Shown here piece after piece: positions 38,881-47,681 of a stretch of 64,000 bases of DNA. Below the pieces are notes generated by a model. It was not told the DNA's origin. It worked only from the letters and a program-made list of their open reading frames with translations, and ran no database searches. How positions within the stretch are numbered: position 1 is the first letter of the stretch; the number at the start of each line of letters is the position of its first letter. The DNA comes from Dehalococcoidia bacterium (lineage in GTDB: Bacteria > Chloroflexota > Dehalococcoidia > Dehalococcoidales > RBG-16-60-22). The translations under genes and the position numbers were made by a program. The stretch is taken from contig JBGLNK010000001.1 of NCBI GenBank assembly GCA_041300405.1, positions 130,269 to 194,268 on the forward strand. The letters are read 5' to 3'.

Positions 38881-40969
38881 AGAAAAACGTTGGTTGCCAT
38901 ATCTTATATTTTCCTTCCTTTCATTTGTGGTTTTAGGTCCGCTCTTGTTGCCCGAATATATATTGACTTTGGATATGCCTTTTGGTCCTGCTGAATCGTA
39001 TAGCAATTACTTTTTTGGGTTTCCAGAATGGTTGGGGAGTATAGCCAGTGCCCCTTTAAGCTTAATATTTCCCATTTTGTCCAGAATTGTTCCGGTATGG
39101 ATTCTACAAAAAATAATCTTGTTAGCTATATTATTTCTTTCAGGCCTGGGGGCATACCGTCTTATCCCCGCCAAAAGTGCCGCAGCATATTATGCCGGCA
39201 TCTTGTATATGATCAATCCTTTCGTTTATGTGCGGATGATGGTGGGGCAGTGGGGAATACTGGTTTCATATGCATTATTGCCGCATGCAATCAAAGCTTT
39301 TATAGAAACCCTGGAACAAGGTAATTGGAAAGCTTTATTAAAGCTGGCTGTTCTGTCTGTCCTGGTAGGTGTAGTGCAAATTCACGGGTTTTTCTTGTTG
39401 CTGCTTTCTTTGTTTATTGTTTTCCTGGTAAAAGCAAGCGCCTGCGGGAACCGTCGGGAAATATTTAAGAGAACTATAGCCGGGTTTGGTGCAATCATGC
39501 TGCTAAACACGTACTGGCTATTACCGGCGTTTACCAGCAGCGGCACTATTTTGGAAGGAATAACTGAAGCTGATATTCTTTTTTTTACTCCCAAGGCAAG
39601 TTCTAACCTCGGTACGGCGATAGATATTGCCACCATGCATGGGTTCTGGAGAGGAGGTATAGATTATCCGGATTATACTTCTCTTTGGAGACTTGCATTT
39701 GCAATTATAATATTCCTGGCTGCATTTGGCTTTACGACGAATATTACTGATAAAAAACGGAAATGGACGATACTTTCTTTCGGAATATTGGGAATTACTG
39801 GTTACTTATTGGCGCTTGGAGCGAGCAGCCGGCTTACACAACCCGTATTTACTTGGTTATGGGAAAACGTACCTTATTTTAACGGTTTCAGAGATACGCA
39901 CAGGTTTGTAATGTTACTTGCTCTGTCGTATGCATATTTGGGCGGTCTCGGCATATTGGAGTTGGTTAAATACGGCCATCATCAGAAGCAGTTCTTATTA
40001 AAGTGGACCATGGTAGCTTTAGTCGGATTATCGATTCTCTCTCCGCTGTTATCTTCGTTTTCGATATTTGGCCTGAATGGTAAAGTAAAAGCGACAAATT
40101 ACCCGCCGGAATGGTATGAAGTAAAGCATTACCTGGATAAACAGGAAGGTGATTATAATGTGCTTTTCTTACCCTGGCATGGATGGTTTGATATTAAGTG
40201 GATTAATAACGAGGATAAACGTCTGGGAAACCCGGCCCGGCACTTCTTTGGCAAATCGATAATATGTGGTGATAACATTGAGATTGGTGACACATACAGT
40301 CAAAACTCGAATCCGGTAAGTAAATACGTGGAATTCTTGTTGCGTAATCAGGAACAGATAGAAAACAAGGGTGAGCTATTGGCGCCGCTCAATATCAAAT
40401 ATATTATTCTTGCACATGAAGCTGATTATGAGAACTATCGATTTTTATTCCACCAGGATGATATTAAAGTTAGCTTGGCTAACAACTTGATAACGCTTTT
40501 CGAGAATAATAATGTCACCGGTATGGTCTATGCGGTAGATAATGTTGTCTATATAGAAAGTTTAAATGAATATCTTGAGCTTAGTAAAACGCAAAATGTG
40601 ATGCAAAATTTATATATCCTGGGAACGGGAGAAGATAGTATTACCGGAATTAATCAGGAAACACTCAAATGTGAGAAAACATGCCCTGTTGAATATTACG
40701 TAAGCGGCAGCTATTTGAAATACACCGTTTTTACAATAAATCAGGAATATGTGGGAAATCACTGGAGATACAATGGAGATAGCGCAGCATATGCGAACCT
40801 TGGTATTATGCCTGTTTTCAAATCATCTGCAAACGGAGGAAAAATCGTAAATAGCAGATTTTACAAAGTCTACTTACCGGGCTACCTCATATCGGCTTTA
40901 ACATTAGGTGTCGTTTTATTTGGTGTTTATTATAAAAGACGCGTTTATCCGGGTGAACATAGAAAATAA
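38873..40969 (+). CDS. large polytopic membrane protein with C-terminal soluble domain; candidate second GT-C glycosyl/oligosaccharyl transferase
   Basis: 698 aa. Asp-containing first loop 'LTLDMPFGP'. About 11 TM helices, then 'VLFLPWHGWFD...NIKYIILAHE'. The architecture resembles YfhO/AftD-type GT-C enzymes, but no motif is decisive. Confidence 0.45.
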   Translation: MTKEKRWLPYLIFSFLSFVVLGPLLLPEYILTLDMPFGPAESYSNYFFGFPEWLGSIASAPLSLIFPILSRIVPVWILQKIILLAILFLSGLGAYRLIPAKSAAAYYAGILYMINPFVYVRMMVGQWGILVSYALLPHAIKAFIETLEQGNWKALLKLAVLSVLVGVVQIHGFFLLLLSLFIVFLVKASACGNRREIFKRTIAGFGAIMLLNTYWLLPAFTSSGTILEGITEADILFFTPKASSNLGTAIDIATMHGFWRGGIDYPDYTSLWRLAFAIIIFLAAFGFTTNITDKKRKWTILSFGILGITGYLLALGASSRLTQPVFTWLWENVPYFNGFRDTHRFVMLLALSYAYLGGLGILELVKYGHHQKQFLLKWTMVALVGLSILSPLLSSFSIFGLNGKVKATNYPPEWYEVKHYLDKQEGDYNVLFLPWHGWFDIKWINNEDKRLGNPARHFFGKSIICGDNIEIGDTYSQNSNPVSKYVEFLLRNQEQIENKGELLAPLNIKYIILAHEADYENYRFLFHQDDIKVSLANNLITLFENNNVTGMVYAVDNVVYIESLNEYLELSKTQNVMQNLYILGTGEDSITGINQETLKCEKTCPVEYYVSGSYLKYTVFTINQEYVGNHWRYNGDSAAYANLGIMPVFKSSANGGKIVNSRFYKVYLPGYLISALTLGVVLFGVYYKRRVYPGEHRK

Positions 40970-41340
40970 ATGTCCAGCGTAGAATTGAACAAAATAAATT
41001 GGATCACGCTTTAAACGCTGCCCATAACCCATTTTACTTTTTCCAACCAATATCTCAGGCCGTTTTCTCCTTGTCCGCAGCCATTTTATCCCCTTATTTT
41101 TCCACTTGTCTTCATAAAAAGTAATATAAATATTTGATTAGTTGTTAAAACGAGGAATCATGGTTTACTGAATGAGCTTGATATGATAGAATTGGTCATA
41201 TATTCCCTATCACATACCAGACATCTTACGTGAAGTAAAAAGGAGGTGGCAGTAATTAAAAACACAATAAAAAACGGATATTTAGCACAGGGATTGTTTC
41301 TGGTAATAAGCCAATCTAAATTAATACGGGAGGACAAAAA

Positions 41341-42993
41341 TTGAAAAAGGGTATATTTTTAATCTTGGCAGTTATTTTAGTCGCCGCGCTCGCCTTGACA
41401 GCTTGTGGTGAAGAGACTCCCACAGCTACTACTACCGCGCCCGCTATGACGACCACAACAGCCCCCAAGACCACTACCCCAGCTGCAACTACGACTAAAC
41501 CAGCAGCAACAACTACAGCTACCGCCGGGCAGCCCAAGTATGGCGGCACGATGAGAATCAGCCGTTTTACCTCTGAAGGTGTCAGCCTGGGAGACCCGCT
41601 GAATCATCGTGGTATGAACAGCTGGTATATGGCTGGCCCCGCATTGGAGACATTGCTGCGTGCTGACGCCAGCGGCGTATTAGTACCATGGTTAGCCACG
41701 GCGTGGAAAGAAGACGTGGCCAACAAAACAATTACTCTTACTATCAGGCAGGGCGTGAAATTCCACGATGGTACGCCCCTCAACGCTGAGGCTGTACGCT
41801 GGAATATGCAATACCGCATGGATGGCAAGATGGCCGCGTACACATCTTTCGCCGCTGTGAAGTCCATTGATACCAACACAGTCCAGATTACTTTAAAAAA
41901 CTGGGATAGCACCGTTATCAATAACCTGGCCTCCGGCCCCGGCATGATAATATCCCCTGAAAACTACTTGAACAACGGGGCGGCCTACGCGGCGGATCAT
42001 CCTGTCGGCACCGGTCCTTTCATATTCAAGGAGTGGAAGAAGAATAGTCTCGTTGTTTATGAAAAAAATCCCAGCTATTGGCAGACGGGGAAGCCTTACC
42101 TTAACCGGATCGAATGGATCACTATTCCTGATATGAATACCAAAGCCATGAGCTTAATTTCTGGCGAACTGGAAACTATTATTACCGTAGACCAGCCGCA
42201 GATCACAACCGTTAAAAACGCCGGCTTTACCCCGATATACCAAAACATTTCCGGCGGCGCTGACGGCTATGTTTTCTCTTCAGCAATTGCGAGCTCTCCT
42301 TGGGCGGACCTGAAAGTGCGCCAGGCGGCCAACTACGCGGTCAACAGGGATGAATACGTAAAAGCCATTTTCGGAGATCTGGGCACAGCTGTTAACCAGA
42401 TGGTGCCGAAAGGTAACTGGGCATATAACCCGGATGTGGTCGGCTACCCGTATAATGTCGATAAAGCGAAACAGTTACTGGCTGAAGCGGGTTATTCGGC
42501 TGGTTTCAGCACCATTCTTATTGGCAGCCAGGATGCTACCATGAACAAACGTGTACTGGCCTTGCAGGACTACTTCAAGAAAGTCGGCATTAACGCCGAG
42601 GTTAAAATCACAGCGGATGCGGTAGTGAGAGAAATGACGACCACCGGCATAGGATGGGAAGGCGTCATCATCAATTCACTCGGTCAGTCCACTGATGTGA
42701 TTGATACAATGAACAGGTTCTACAAGGGCGGTGGACAAACTTTCGTATCCATGCTTACTCCGCCTGACTACGTCAAGCTGATCACGGATGCAGTTGCTGC
42801 TCCTGATTTTGCCACCAAGCAAAAATTAGCCCAGGCGCTGATGAAATCATTCGTTGATACCTATTGTCTGCAGCTTCTTCTTGATACCCGTCTTGATGTC
42901 GCAGTCGAACAAAAGTACGTTAAAAACTCCGGTTTCCTGAAAAGCCTCAATACCCAGATGTGGACACCGGAAGAATGCTGGCTGGATAAATAA
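41341..42993 (+). CDS. ABC transporter substrate-binding lipoprotein, family 5 (peptide/nickel/opine type), with Thr/Pro/Ala-rich linker
   Basis: Lipobox 'LTAC', a 40-aa T/P/A linker, then 'PKYGGTMRI...' and 'ITLTIRQGVKFHDGTPLNAEAV', the family 5 signature region. Confidence 0.9.
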   Translation: MKKGIFLILAVILVAALALTACGEETPTATTTAPAMTTTTAPKTTTPAATTTKPAATTTATAGQPKYGGTMRISRFTSEGVSLGDPLNHRGMNSWYMAGPALETLLRADASGVLVPWLATAWKEDVANKTITLTIRQGVKFHDGTPLNAEAVRWNMQYRMDGKMAAYTSFAAVKSIDTNTVQITLKNWDSTVINNLASGPGMIISPENYLNNGAAYAADHPVGTGPFIFKEWKKNSLVVYEKNPSYWQTGKPYLNRIEWITIPDMNTKAMSLISGELETIITVDQPQITTVKNAGFTPIYQNISGGADGYVFSSAIASSPWADLKVRQAANYAVNRDEYVKAIFGDLGTAVNQMVPKGNWAYNPDVVGYPYNVDKAKQLLAEAGYSAGFSTILIGSQDATMNKRVLALQDYFKKVGINAEVKITADAVVREMTTTGIGWEGVIINSLGQSTDVIDTMNRFYKGGGQTFVSMLTPPDYVKLITDAVAAPDFATKQKLAQALMKSFVDTYCLQLLLDTRLDVAVEQKYVKNSGFLKSLNTQMWTPEECWLDK

Positions 42994-43026
42994 ACAGGTT
43001 TTAACTCTACAGGGTTGAAAAAGTCT

Positions 43027-43064
43027 CCGGGGAGAGCGCAGGTTATTAGATTCGCTCTCCCCGG
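43027..43064 (+). other. 12-bp perfect stem-loop just after the SBP gene (intercistronic mRNA element)
   Basis: CCGGGGAGAGCG-N14-CGCTCTCCCCGG. No T-tract follows. Confidence 0.5.
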
Positions 43065-43126
43065 GACTGATTATACCCGGGAAAAATTCTTAATTATTCG
43101 CCATTAATCCAATTTGAAATTCGGAG

Positions 43127-44077
43127 TTGAATTTGGCAGCCTTTATTATCCGCAGATTAATACAGACGGTAATCGTTATTTTCCTGGTCTCTTTAATAAC
43201 CTTCATGCTGCTCCAGATGGTGCCGGGAGACCCTGTGATAGCGATGCTTGGTGGGGAAGCATCGCCGGAACAGATAGAGGCTCTCCGGAAGGAGATGTGG
43301 CTGGACAGGCCGGTCGTAGTGCAGTACGTCCATTGGCTGACTAACGCTCTCAAAGGAGACCTGGGTACTTCTATTACTCTTAATTACTCCGTCAGCACTA
43401 TTATCTCCGAGCGTCTGCCTTATACCCTTTATTTATCTGCATTAGCCTTCATAATCAGTCCTGTCATCGGTATTATTTTGGGAGCCGTAGGCGCGATACG
43501 GCGGGGCTCCTTCATTGACCCGTTCATCAGTTTGTTTGCCAATACCGGCGTAGCTATACCCATTTTCTGGCTGGCTATTTTAGGTTCTTATTTTTTCGGC
43601 TACAAACTGCACTGGCTGGCGATCCAGGGTTTTACCTGGCCGACTGATGACCTGGTAAGGAGCATTCAAACAACCATCATGCCCGTCATTTGTATGGCTG
43701 TTCCTGCAGTAGCTGTTATGGCGAGGCAAACGCGTTCGAGTGTGCTGGAAGTAATCCGTCAGGATTATGTGCGGACGGCAATGGCCAAAGGATTAAAGGA
43801 ACGTAGTGTGGTTTTTAAGCACGTTCTGAAAAATGCCCTGATTCCGGTAGTCACTCTTCTGGGTTTACAGGTACGTACCCTCGTCGGAGGGGCGGTCTTG
43901 GTGGAGACGGTATTTAATATCAACGGTATGGGCCGGCTTATCGTATCGGCCGGATTCGGTAAAGATCTTCCTGTTTTACAGGCTACCGTCCTTATCACGG
44001 CATTGGCAGTATGTCTGGCTAATCTTGTTGTTGATATTTCTTACGGCTGGCTCGACCCCAGAATCAAGTACGAATGA
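43127..44077 (+). CDS. ABC transporter permease (DppB/OppB-like)
   Basis: 'FIIRRLIQTVIVIFLVSLITFMLLQMVPGDP' and EAA-type loop 'DYVRTAMAKGLKERSV'. Confidence 0.9.
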   Translation: MNLAAFIIRRLIQTVIVIFLVSLITFMLLQMVPGDPVIAMLGGEASPEQIEALRKEMWLDRPVVVQYVHWLTNALKGDLGTSITLNYSVSTIISERLPYTLYLSALAFIISPVIGIILGAVGAIRRGSFIDPFISLFANTGVAIPIFWLAILGSYFFGYKLHWLAIQGFTWPTDDLVRSIQTTIMPVICMAVPAVAVMARQTRSSVLEVIRQDYVRTAMAKGLKERSVVFKHVLKNALIPVVTLLGLQVRTLVGGAVLVETVFNINGMGRLIVSAGFGKDLPVLQATVLITALAVCLANLVVDISYGWLDPRIKYE

Positions 44078-44087
44078 GTAAATAATA

Positions 44088-44261
44088 ATGGCTATAGAAA
44101 ATAACATGATAGTACCGCAAACCAATCCGCCGCGCGTAAGCGAGTTGCGCCGCATGTTCAAGGTAATGTTCAGCCGTTGGGTGGTTACTTTCGGCGCTGT
44201 TATTATCTTGATTCTTATTCTTGTAGCAATTTTTGCGCCTCTTTTAGCCCCCTATCAATAA
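44088..44261 (+). pseudogene. N-terminal 57-codon stub of a DppC/OppC-like permease
   Basis: 'MAIENNMIVPQTNPPRVSELRRMFKVMFSRWVVTFGAVIILILILVAIFAPLLAPY' parallels residues 1-57 of the intact paralog at 53026. It then reads Q-stop. Confidence 0.75.
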
Positions 44262-44284
44262 TCATCTTACAACCAACAGACATC

Positions 44285-44317
44285 CGGAAAAGGAACCGGG
44301 CGGTTTTACCCGCCCGG
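44285..44317 (-). terminator. intrinsic terminator of rplY
   Basis: CCGGGCGG-N6-CCGCCCGG, followed on the minus strand by TTCCTTTTCC. Confidence 0.6.
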
Positions 44318-44322
44318 AAAGT

Positions 44323-45084
44323 TTACTTTTTCTTTTCGCCTTTTCCTGCATCGGCGCCGGGCTTGGCCGCAGCACCGGGTTTAGCTGCAGCCTCACCGCC
44401 AGGTTTGGCTCCTGCCGCAGCTTCGGCACCGGGCTTGGCTGCCCCTTCAGCACCGGCAGCAGCTTCGCCTTCAGCAGCTTCGCCTTCGGCAGCAGCAGCG
44501 ATCGGCTTCTCTTCTTCGAGCTTCATGGTGACTTCAGTAACCTTGACTACCAACTGGTTAGGGTCGGCATGAACGGTAATTGCCGGGTCAAGGGGAATAT
44601 CTTTAACGTAAATACCCTGTTCAAGTTCAGTTAGAATACTTATGTCTACTTCAATAAACGGCGGGACTTTTTCAGGTAGACATTCAATTTTAAGTTCCAT
44701 GATACCCTTGGAGACCATGCGGCCTTTGCCTCTCATGGCAGGGGCTTCGCCAACCAGGATGATAGGGATGTCCATCTGCATCTTTTCATCTTTATTTACC
44801 TGGTAAAAATCAACGTGTAAAAGCTGGCGGCTCAGGATATCTTTTTGAATTTCACGTACAAATACCCGCTTGGGTTCTCTTTCTCCTTCAACACTAAGGC
44901 TCAGGAGACGGGTCGTACCGGCTTGGGCGAGTATTTTGGTAAGCTCGGTAGTGTCGCACTGTAAAGCTTCTGATTTTAAATCATGCCCGAAGAGATGTGC
45001 CGGGGTAATGCCCTGGCGGCGTAATACCTTGGTTTTCTTCCCGATCACATTTCTCCTGGCAGCGGTTAAATTCATTTCTGGCAT
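44323..45084 (-). CDS. rplY: 50S ribosomal protein L25/general stress protein Ctc with long Ala/Glu/Gly/Lys/Pro-rich tail
   Basis: 'RRNVIGKKTKVLRRQGITPAHLFG...' is an L25 N-domain, followed by a Ctc C-domain and a 64-aa low-complexity tail. AAGGGGAA RBS before the ATG at 45084. Confidence 0.85.
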   Translation of the reverse strand: MPEMNLTAARRNVIGKKTKVLRRQGITPAHLFGHDLKSEALQCDTTELTKILAQAGTTRLLSLSVEGEREPKRVFVREIQKDILSRQLLHVDFYQVNKDEKMQMDIPIILVGEAPAMRGKGRMVSKGIMELKIECLPEKVPPFIEVDISILTELEQGIYVKDIPLDPAITVHADPNQLVVKVTEVTMKLEEEKPIAAAAEGEAAEGEAAAGAEGAAKPGAEAAAGAKPGGEAAAKPGAAAKPGADAGKGEKKK

Positions 45085-45206
45085 TTTATGTTCCCCTTTC
45101 CAACTTATCAATTTAAGCACATTTAGACGTAAAAATCAATTAAGAAGTGCAATGGAGTTTGTAAAATCAATATATTAGTACAAATATTCGGTTGTTTGAA
45201 TTAACA

Positions 45207-45232
45207 TTGAAGGGGGCTTTTGCCCCCTTCAA
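45207..45232 (-). terminator. stem-loop downstream of the AprA-like operon
   Basis: TTGAAGGGGGC-tttt-GCCCCCTTCAA. Weak T-tract. Confidence 0.45.
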
Positions 45233-45250
45233 TAATGCTTATAAACACAA

Positions 45251-47149
45251 TTACTTTTTAAAAACGCCTTTGTAATCTTTGTTATGGGCTTCATATTCCT
45301 TTTTCAGATTACCGGCAAAATCCATAGGGCGTTTTTCTGATTTTACCTTGCCGTCCGCCATGCTGACAACCAGGAACTTTACCCAATCCGGCGGGTCGAG
45401 CTCAGGATAATCGATGCGCTGGAAATCCAGCGGCTGGCTGCTTGCTTTACGTGCCATCGAGGCTTGAAGGATAATCTGGGCATGTGTCAACATGCTTAAA
45501 TCTTCCAGGCCGCGCACCAGTTTATGAGGATCGGGGGCATACAGCCGCGGCACGTAATTTTCCTCGATTTCATTAATCGTGTCCAGCCCCATCTTCAATA
45601 GCGCTTCGGTCTTATACTCGGAACAGAAAAACTGCATCGCACGGGCGATTCCGGCGTGCAGTTCCTTCCAATCTATGCCTTCGGTTTTCTTGACCGGCGC
45701 ATAGACGCGCAATTTCTCGATGGCCAGTTGTTCTTTTGAAAGTGGGGCGAATCCAATTTGACCGGCATAATCGGCCGCTTTTCGACCGGCGTATCTGCCT
45801 GTAGACGCGGCAAAACTGTGGTCGCCCGGTGAAAAGAGCTGCATACCCGCAGCGTACAGGCCGTCAAGGCTGGTTTTGAGGCTCCAGTCGGTGATGATGC
45901 CGCTGCCTCTGGTCTGCCGCCACTGCGGCATGCTGATGCCTTCGATGAGCGCGTAATTGGCCAGCAGGTCTCTCGATGATTTAAATCCCGCTTCATTAAA
46001 ACTATCGACGATAATTTTGGTAGTGGATTCTTCTTTGAGCATCATGTCCCAGATTACTTCACGCTCGATGTCCTTCATCCCCGGGAAATCTCCCCAGAAT
46101 GGTAAAGCGTATTCTCCCTTAAGCACACCGTCGCGTAAATCCGTCATACGGCCTTGAGGACTGCGGTCCATCTTTTCTGGCGGTATGCCCCAGCTTGGTT
46201 CGGCTACACGGGGAAGCGGTTTTCCGTTATTATCGATAAGCATGACATTTTCATAGCTGGCATCACCGGCGCCGGTATACCATTTATGCTTGTGTCCACC
46301 GGCGGCGATACGCCAGACACCGGATGATTCCATCAATGTGAATTCGGCTCCGGCTTTCCAGGCCATGGCGATGCCGTCACTGGAAAGTGAACGCGGTCCC
46401 ATGGTAGTAATGCCAGCGAGTTCCGAGTTGAACATCCAGACCGGACCTGAACCGGCTGTGGTCAGAACGGCGGCTTTACACTTGAAAACCATGAATTCGC
46501 CTGTCCGGCTGTTAACACCCGTCGCACCGATGACCCTGCTCCCCTGTTTCCCACCCTCGGTTAAAAGGCTGGTAACCATGACGCGGTCATAAATCCTGAC
46601 ACCGAGGCGTTCACATTCTTTCTTCAGAGCCGGTTTGAAGGTGGTGCCCCAGACGCGTATCACAGCGTTAGTATTGTGAAAGGGGCTCGAGCGTGGTGAA
46701 ATCATAATCTTGGAGGCATCATCCCGGCCTTCAGCGCCGAGGTATTTATCATCGTAATCCCTTATTTTGCCGCCCATCTGTTCCATTTCCTGGAGTGTGT
46801 CCCAGTTCTCTCGTACCTGTATCTCCCGGCCGATGCCGTTGCTGTAAGGCTGCCTGGTTAAACGATGTACCCATTCATCCGGGCCGGCTTTAGACAAGGG
46901 GTGGGTGACACAATCGCACCAGTGGTCGCATCCCGGCCCGCCGGAGCCGCTCCTTATCGTAGCTGATTTTTCTACGATAGCCACTTTTACGCCTTTCCTG
47001 GCGGCGCTGATGGCCGCCCAGCAGCCTGCAATACCGCCGCCCAGGATAAGGACATCCGTCTCGATTTCCTGCTCTTTATCGTATTTAATAGGATACGGCC
47101 AGGCGGGCGCATGCCCATATTTTTCTAAATACTCGTTAAAAGTCGTCAT
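45251..47149 (-). CDS. AprA-like FAD flavoprotein, paralog 2 (fumarate reductase/SDH/APS-reductase alpha superfamily)
   Basis: 'WPYPIKYDKEQEIETDVLILGGGIAGCWAAISAARKG', 'VEKSATIRSGSGG', 'FMVFKCKAAVLTTAGSG'. Colinear with the AprA N-terminal layout. Confidence 0.7.
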   Translation of the reverse strand: MTTFNEYLEKYGHAPAWPYPIKYDKEQEIETDVLILGGGIAGCWAAISAARKGVKVAIVEKSATIRSGSGGPGCDHWCDCVTHPLSKAGPDEWVHRLTRQPYSNGIGREIQVRENWDTLQEMEQMGGKIRDYDDKYLGAEGRDDASKIMISPRSSPFHNTNAVIRVWGTTFKPALKKECERLGVRIYDRVMVTSLLTEGGKQGSRVIGATGVNSRTGEFMVFKCKAAVLTTAGSGPVWMFNSELAGITTMGPRSLSSDGIAMAWKAGAEFTLMESSGVWRIAAGGHKHKWYTGAGDASYENVMLIDNNGKPLPRVAEPSWGIPPEKMDRSPQGRMTDLRDGVLKGEYALPFWGDFPGMKDIEREVIWDMMLKEESTTKIIVDSFNEAGFKSSRDLLANYALIEGISMPQWRQTRGSGIITDWSLKTSLDGLYAAGMQLFSPGDHSFAASTGRYAGRKAADYAGQIGFAPLSKEQLAIEKLRVYAPVKKTEGIDWKELHAGIARAMQFFCSEYKTEALLKMGLDTINEIEENYVPRLYAPDPHKLVRGLEDLSMLTHAQIILQASMARKASSQPLDFQRIDYPELDPPDWVKFLVVSMADGKVKSEKRPMDFAGNLKKEYEAHNKDYKGVFKK

Positions 47150-47313
47150 CTTCGCCTCCGAAAGTATATAAGACTGCGTCTCGACGCGATGAGCTTAGCC
47201 GGTAGTCTTGTTCTTCCAGCAGCCGTGCTGCTAATGGAGGAAAAGCTGGGCTCATACGGGTTGGCGACAAGCCGCTCACTCACCGTAAGTATTTTATTTA
47301 TATAGCCTATTCA

Positions 47314-47649
47314 TTATTCTTCCGGCGGACGGGTATTCGGCGGAGGCGGATTCTTCATGCCGATGCGGAAAAACTCGCCGGTGGCTTTACGCTTCCAGCC
47401 GACACGCTGGTTCATCGGAAACTCCATCGTGATGGCTCCGTTCTGGCAGGCCTGCACGCAATCGCCGCAGAACCAGCATTCATCCGGATACACAACGATT
47501 GGTGGTTTGCCCTTTTCCAGATTAGGCAGCATCACATCGGTGTGGCAGGAATCGACGCATAAATTACAGCCTTTGCATTTCCCGGGGTCTATGGTTACGC
47601 ACAGATTCGGTGTCATTGGATTGGGCATCATATATACTGCATCAGCCAT
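47314..47649 (-). CDS. AprB-like 2x[4Fe-4S] ferredoxin subunit
   Basis: 'CKGCNLCVDSC' and 'CWFCGDCVQAC' CxxCxxCxxxC motifs. 'YPDECWFCGDCVQACQNGAI' parallels AprB 'EPEACWECYSCIKICPQGAI'. Extended C-terminal tail. Confidence 0.65.
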   Translation of the reverse strand: MADAVYMMPNPMTPNLCVTIDPGKCKGCNLCVDSCHTDVMLPNLEKGKPPIVVYPDECWFCGDCVQACQNGAITMEFPMNQRVGWKRKATGEFFRIGMKNPPPPNTRPPEE

Positions 47650-47681
47650 GGTAATTCTCCTTATATATAGAGTAAGTTTTT

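Larger units (their letters stand above)
32950..41000. other. AT-rich glycan island 2 (boundaries approximate)
   Basis: GC falls visibly from about 32950 and recovers after about 41300. Contents: GT-C/GT39-like protein, methyltransferase, GT4, flippase, second GT-C-like membrane protein. Confidence 0.5.

Noticed and set aside
41316-41549. Val/Ala/Gly-rich ORFs antisense to the Thr-rich linkers (also 50244-50447)
   Set aside because: They are a mirror image of ACN-rich Thr codons and an artefact of low-complexity coding sequence.
44177-44572. 131-aa Ala/Pro/Ser-rich ORF
   Set aside because: It is the reverse-strand reading of the repetitive L25/Ctc tail and of the DppC stub region. It has no start context.
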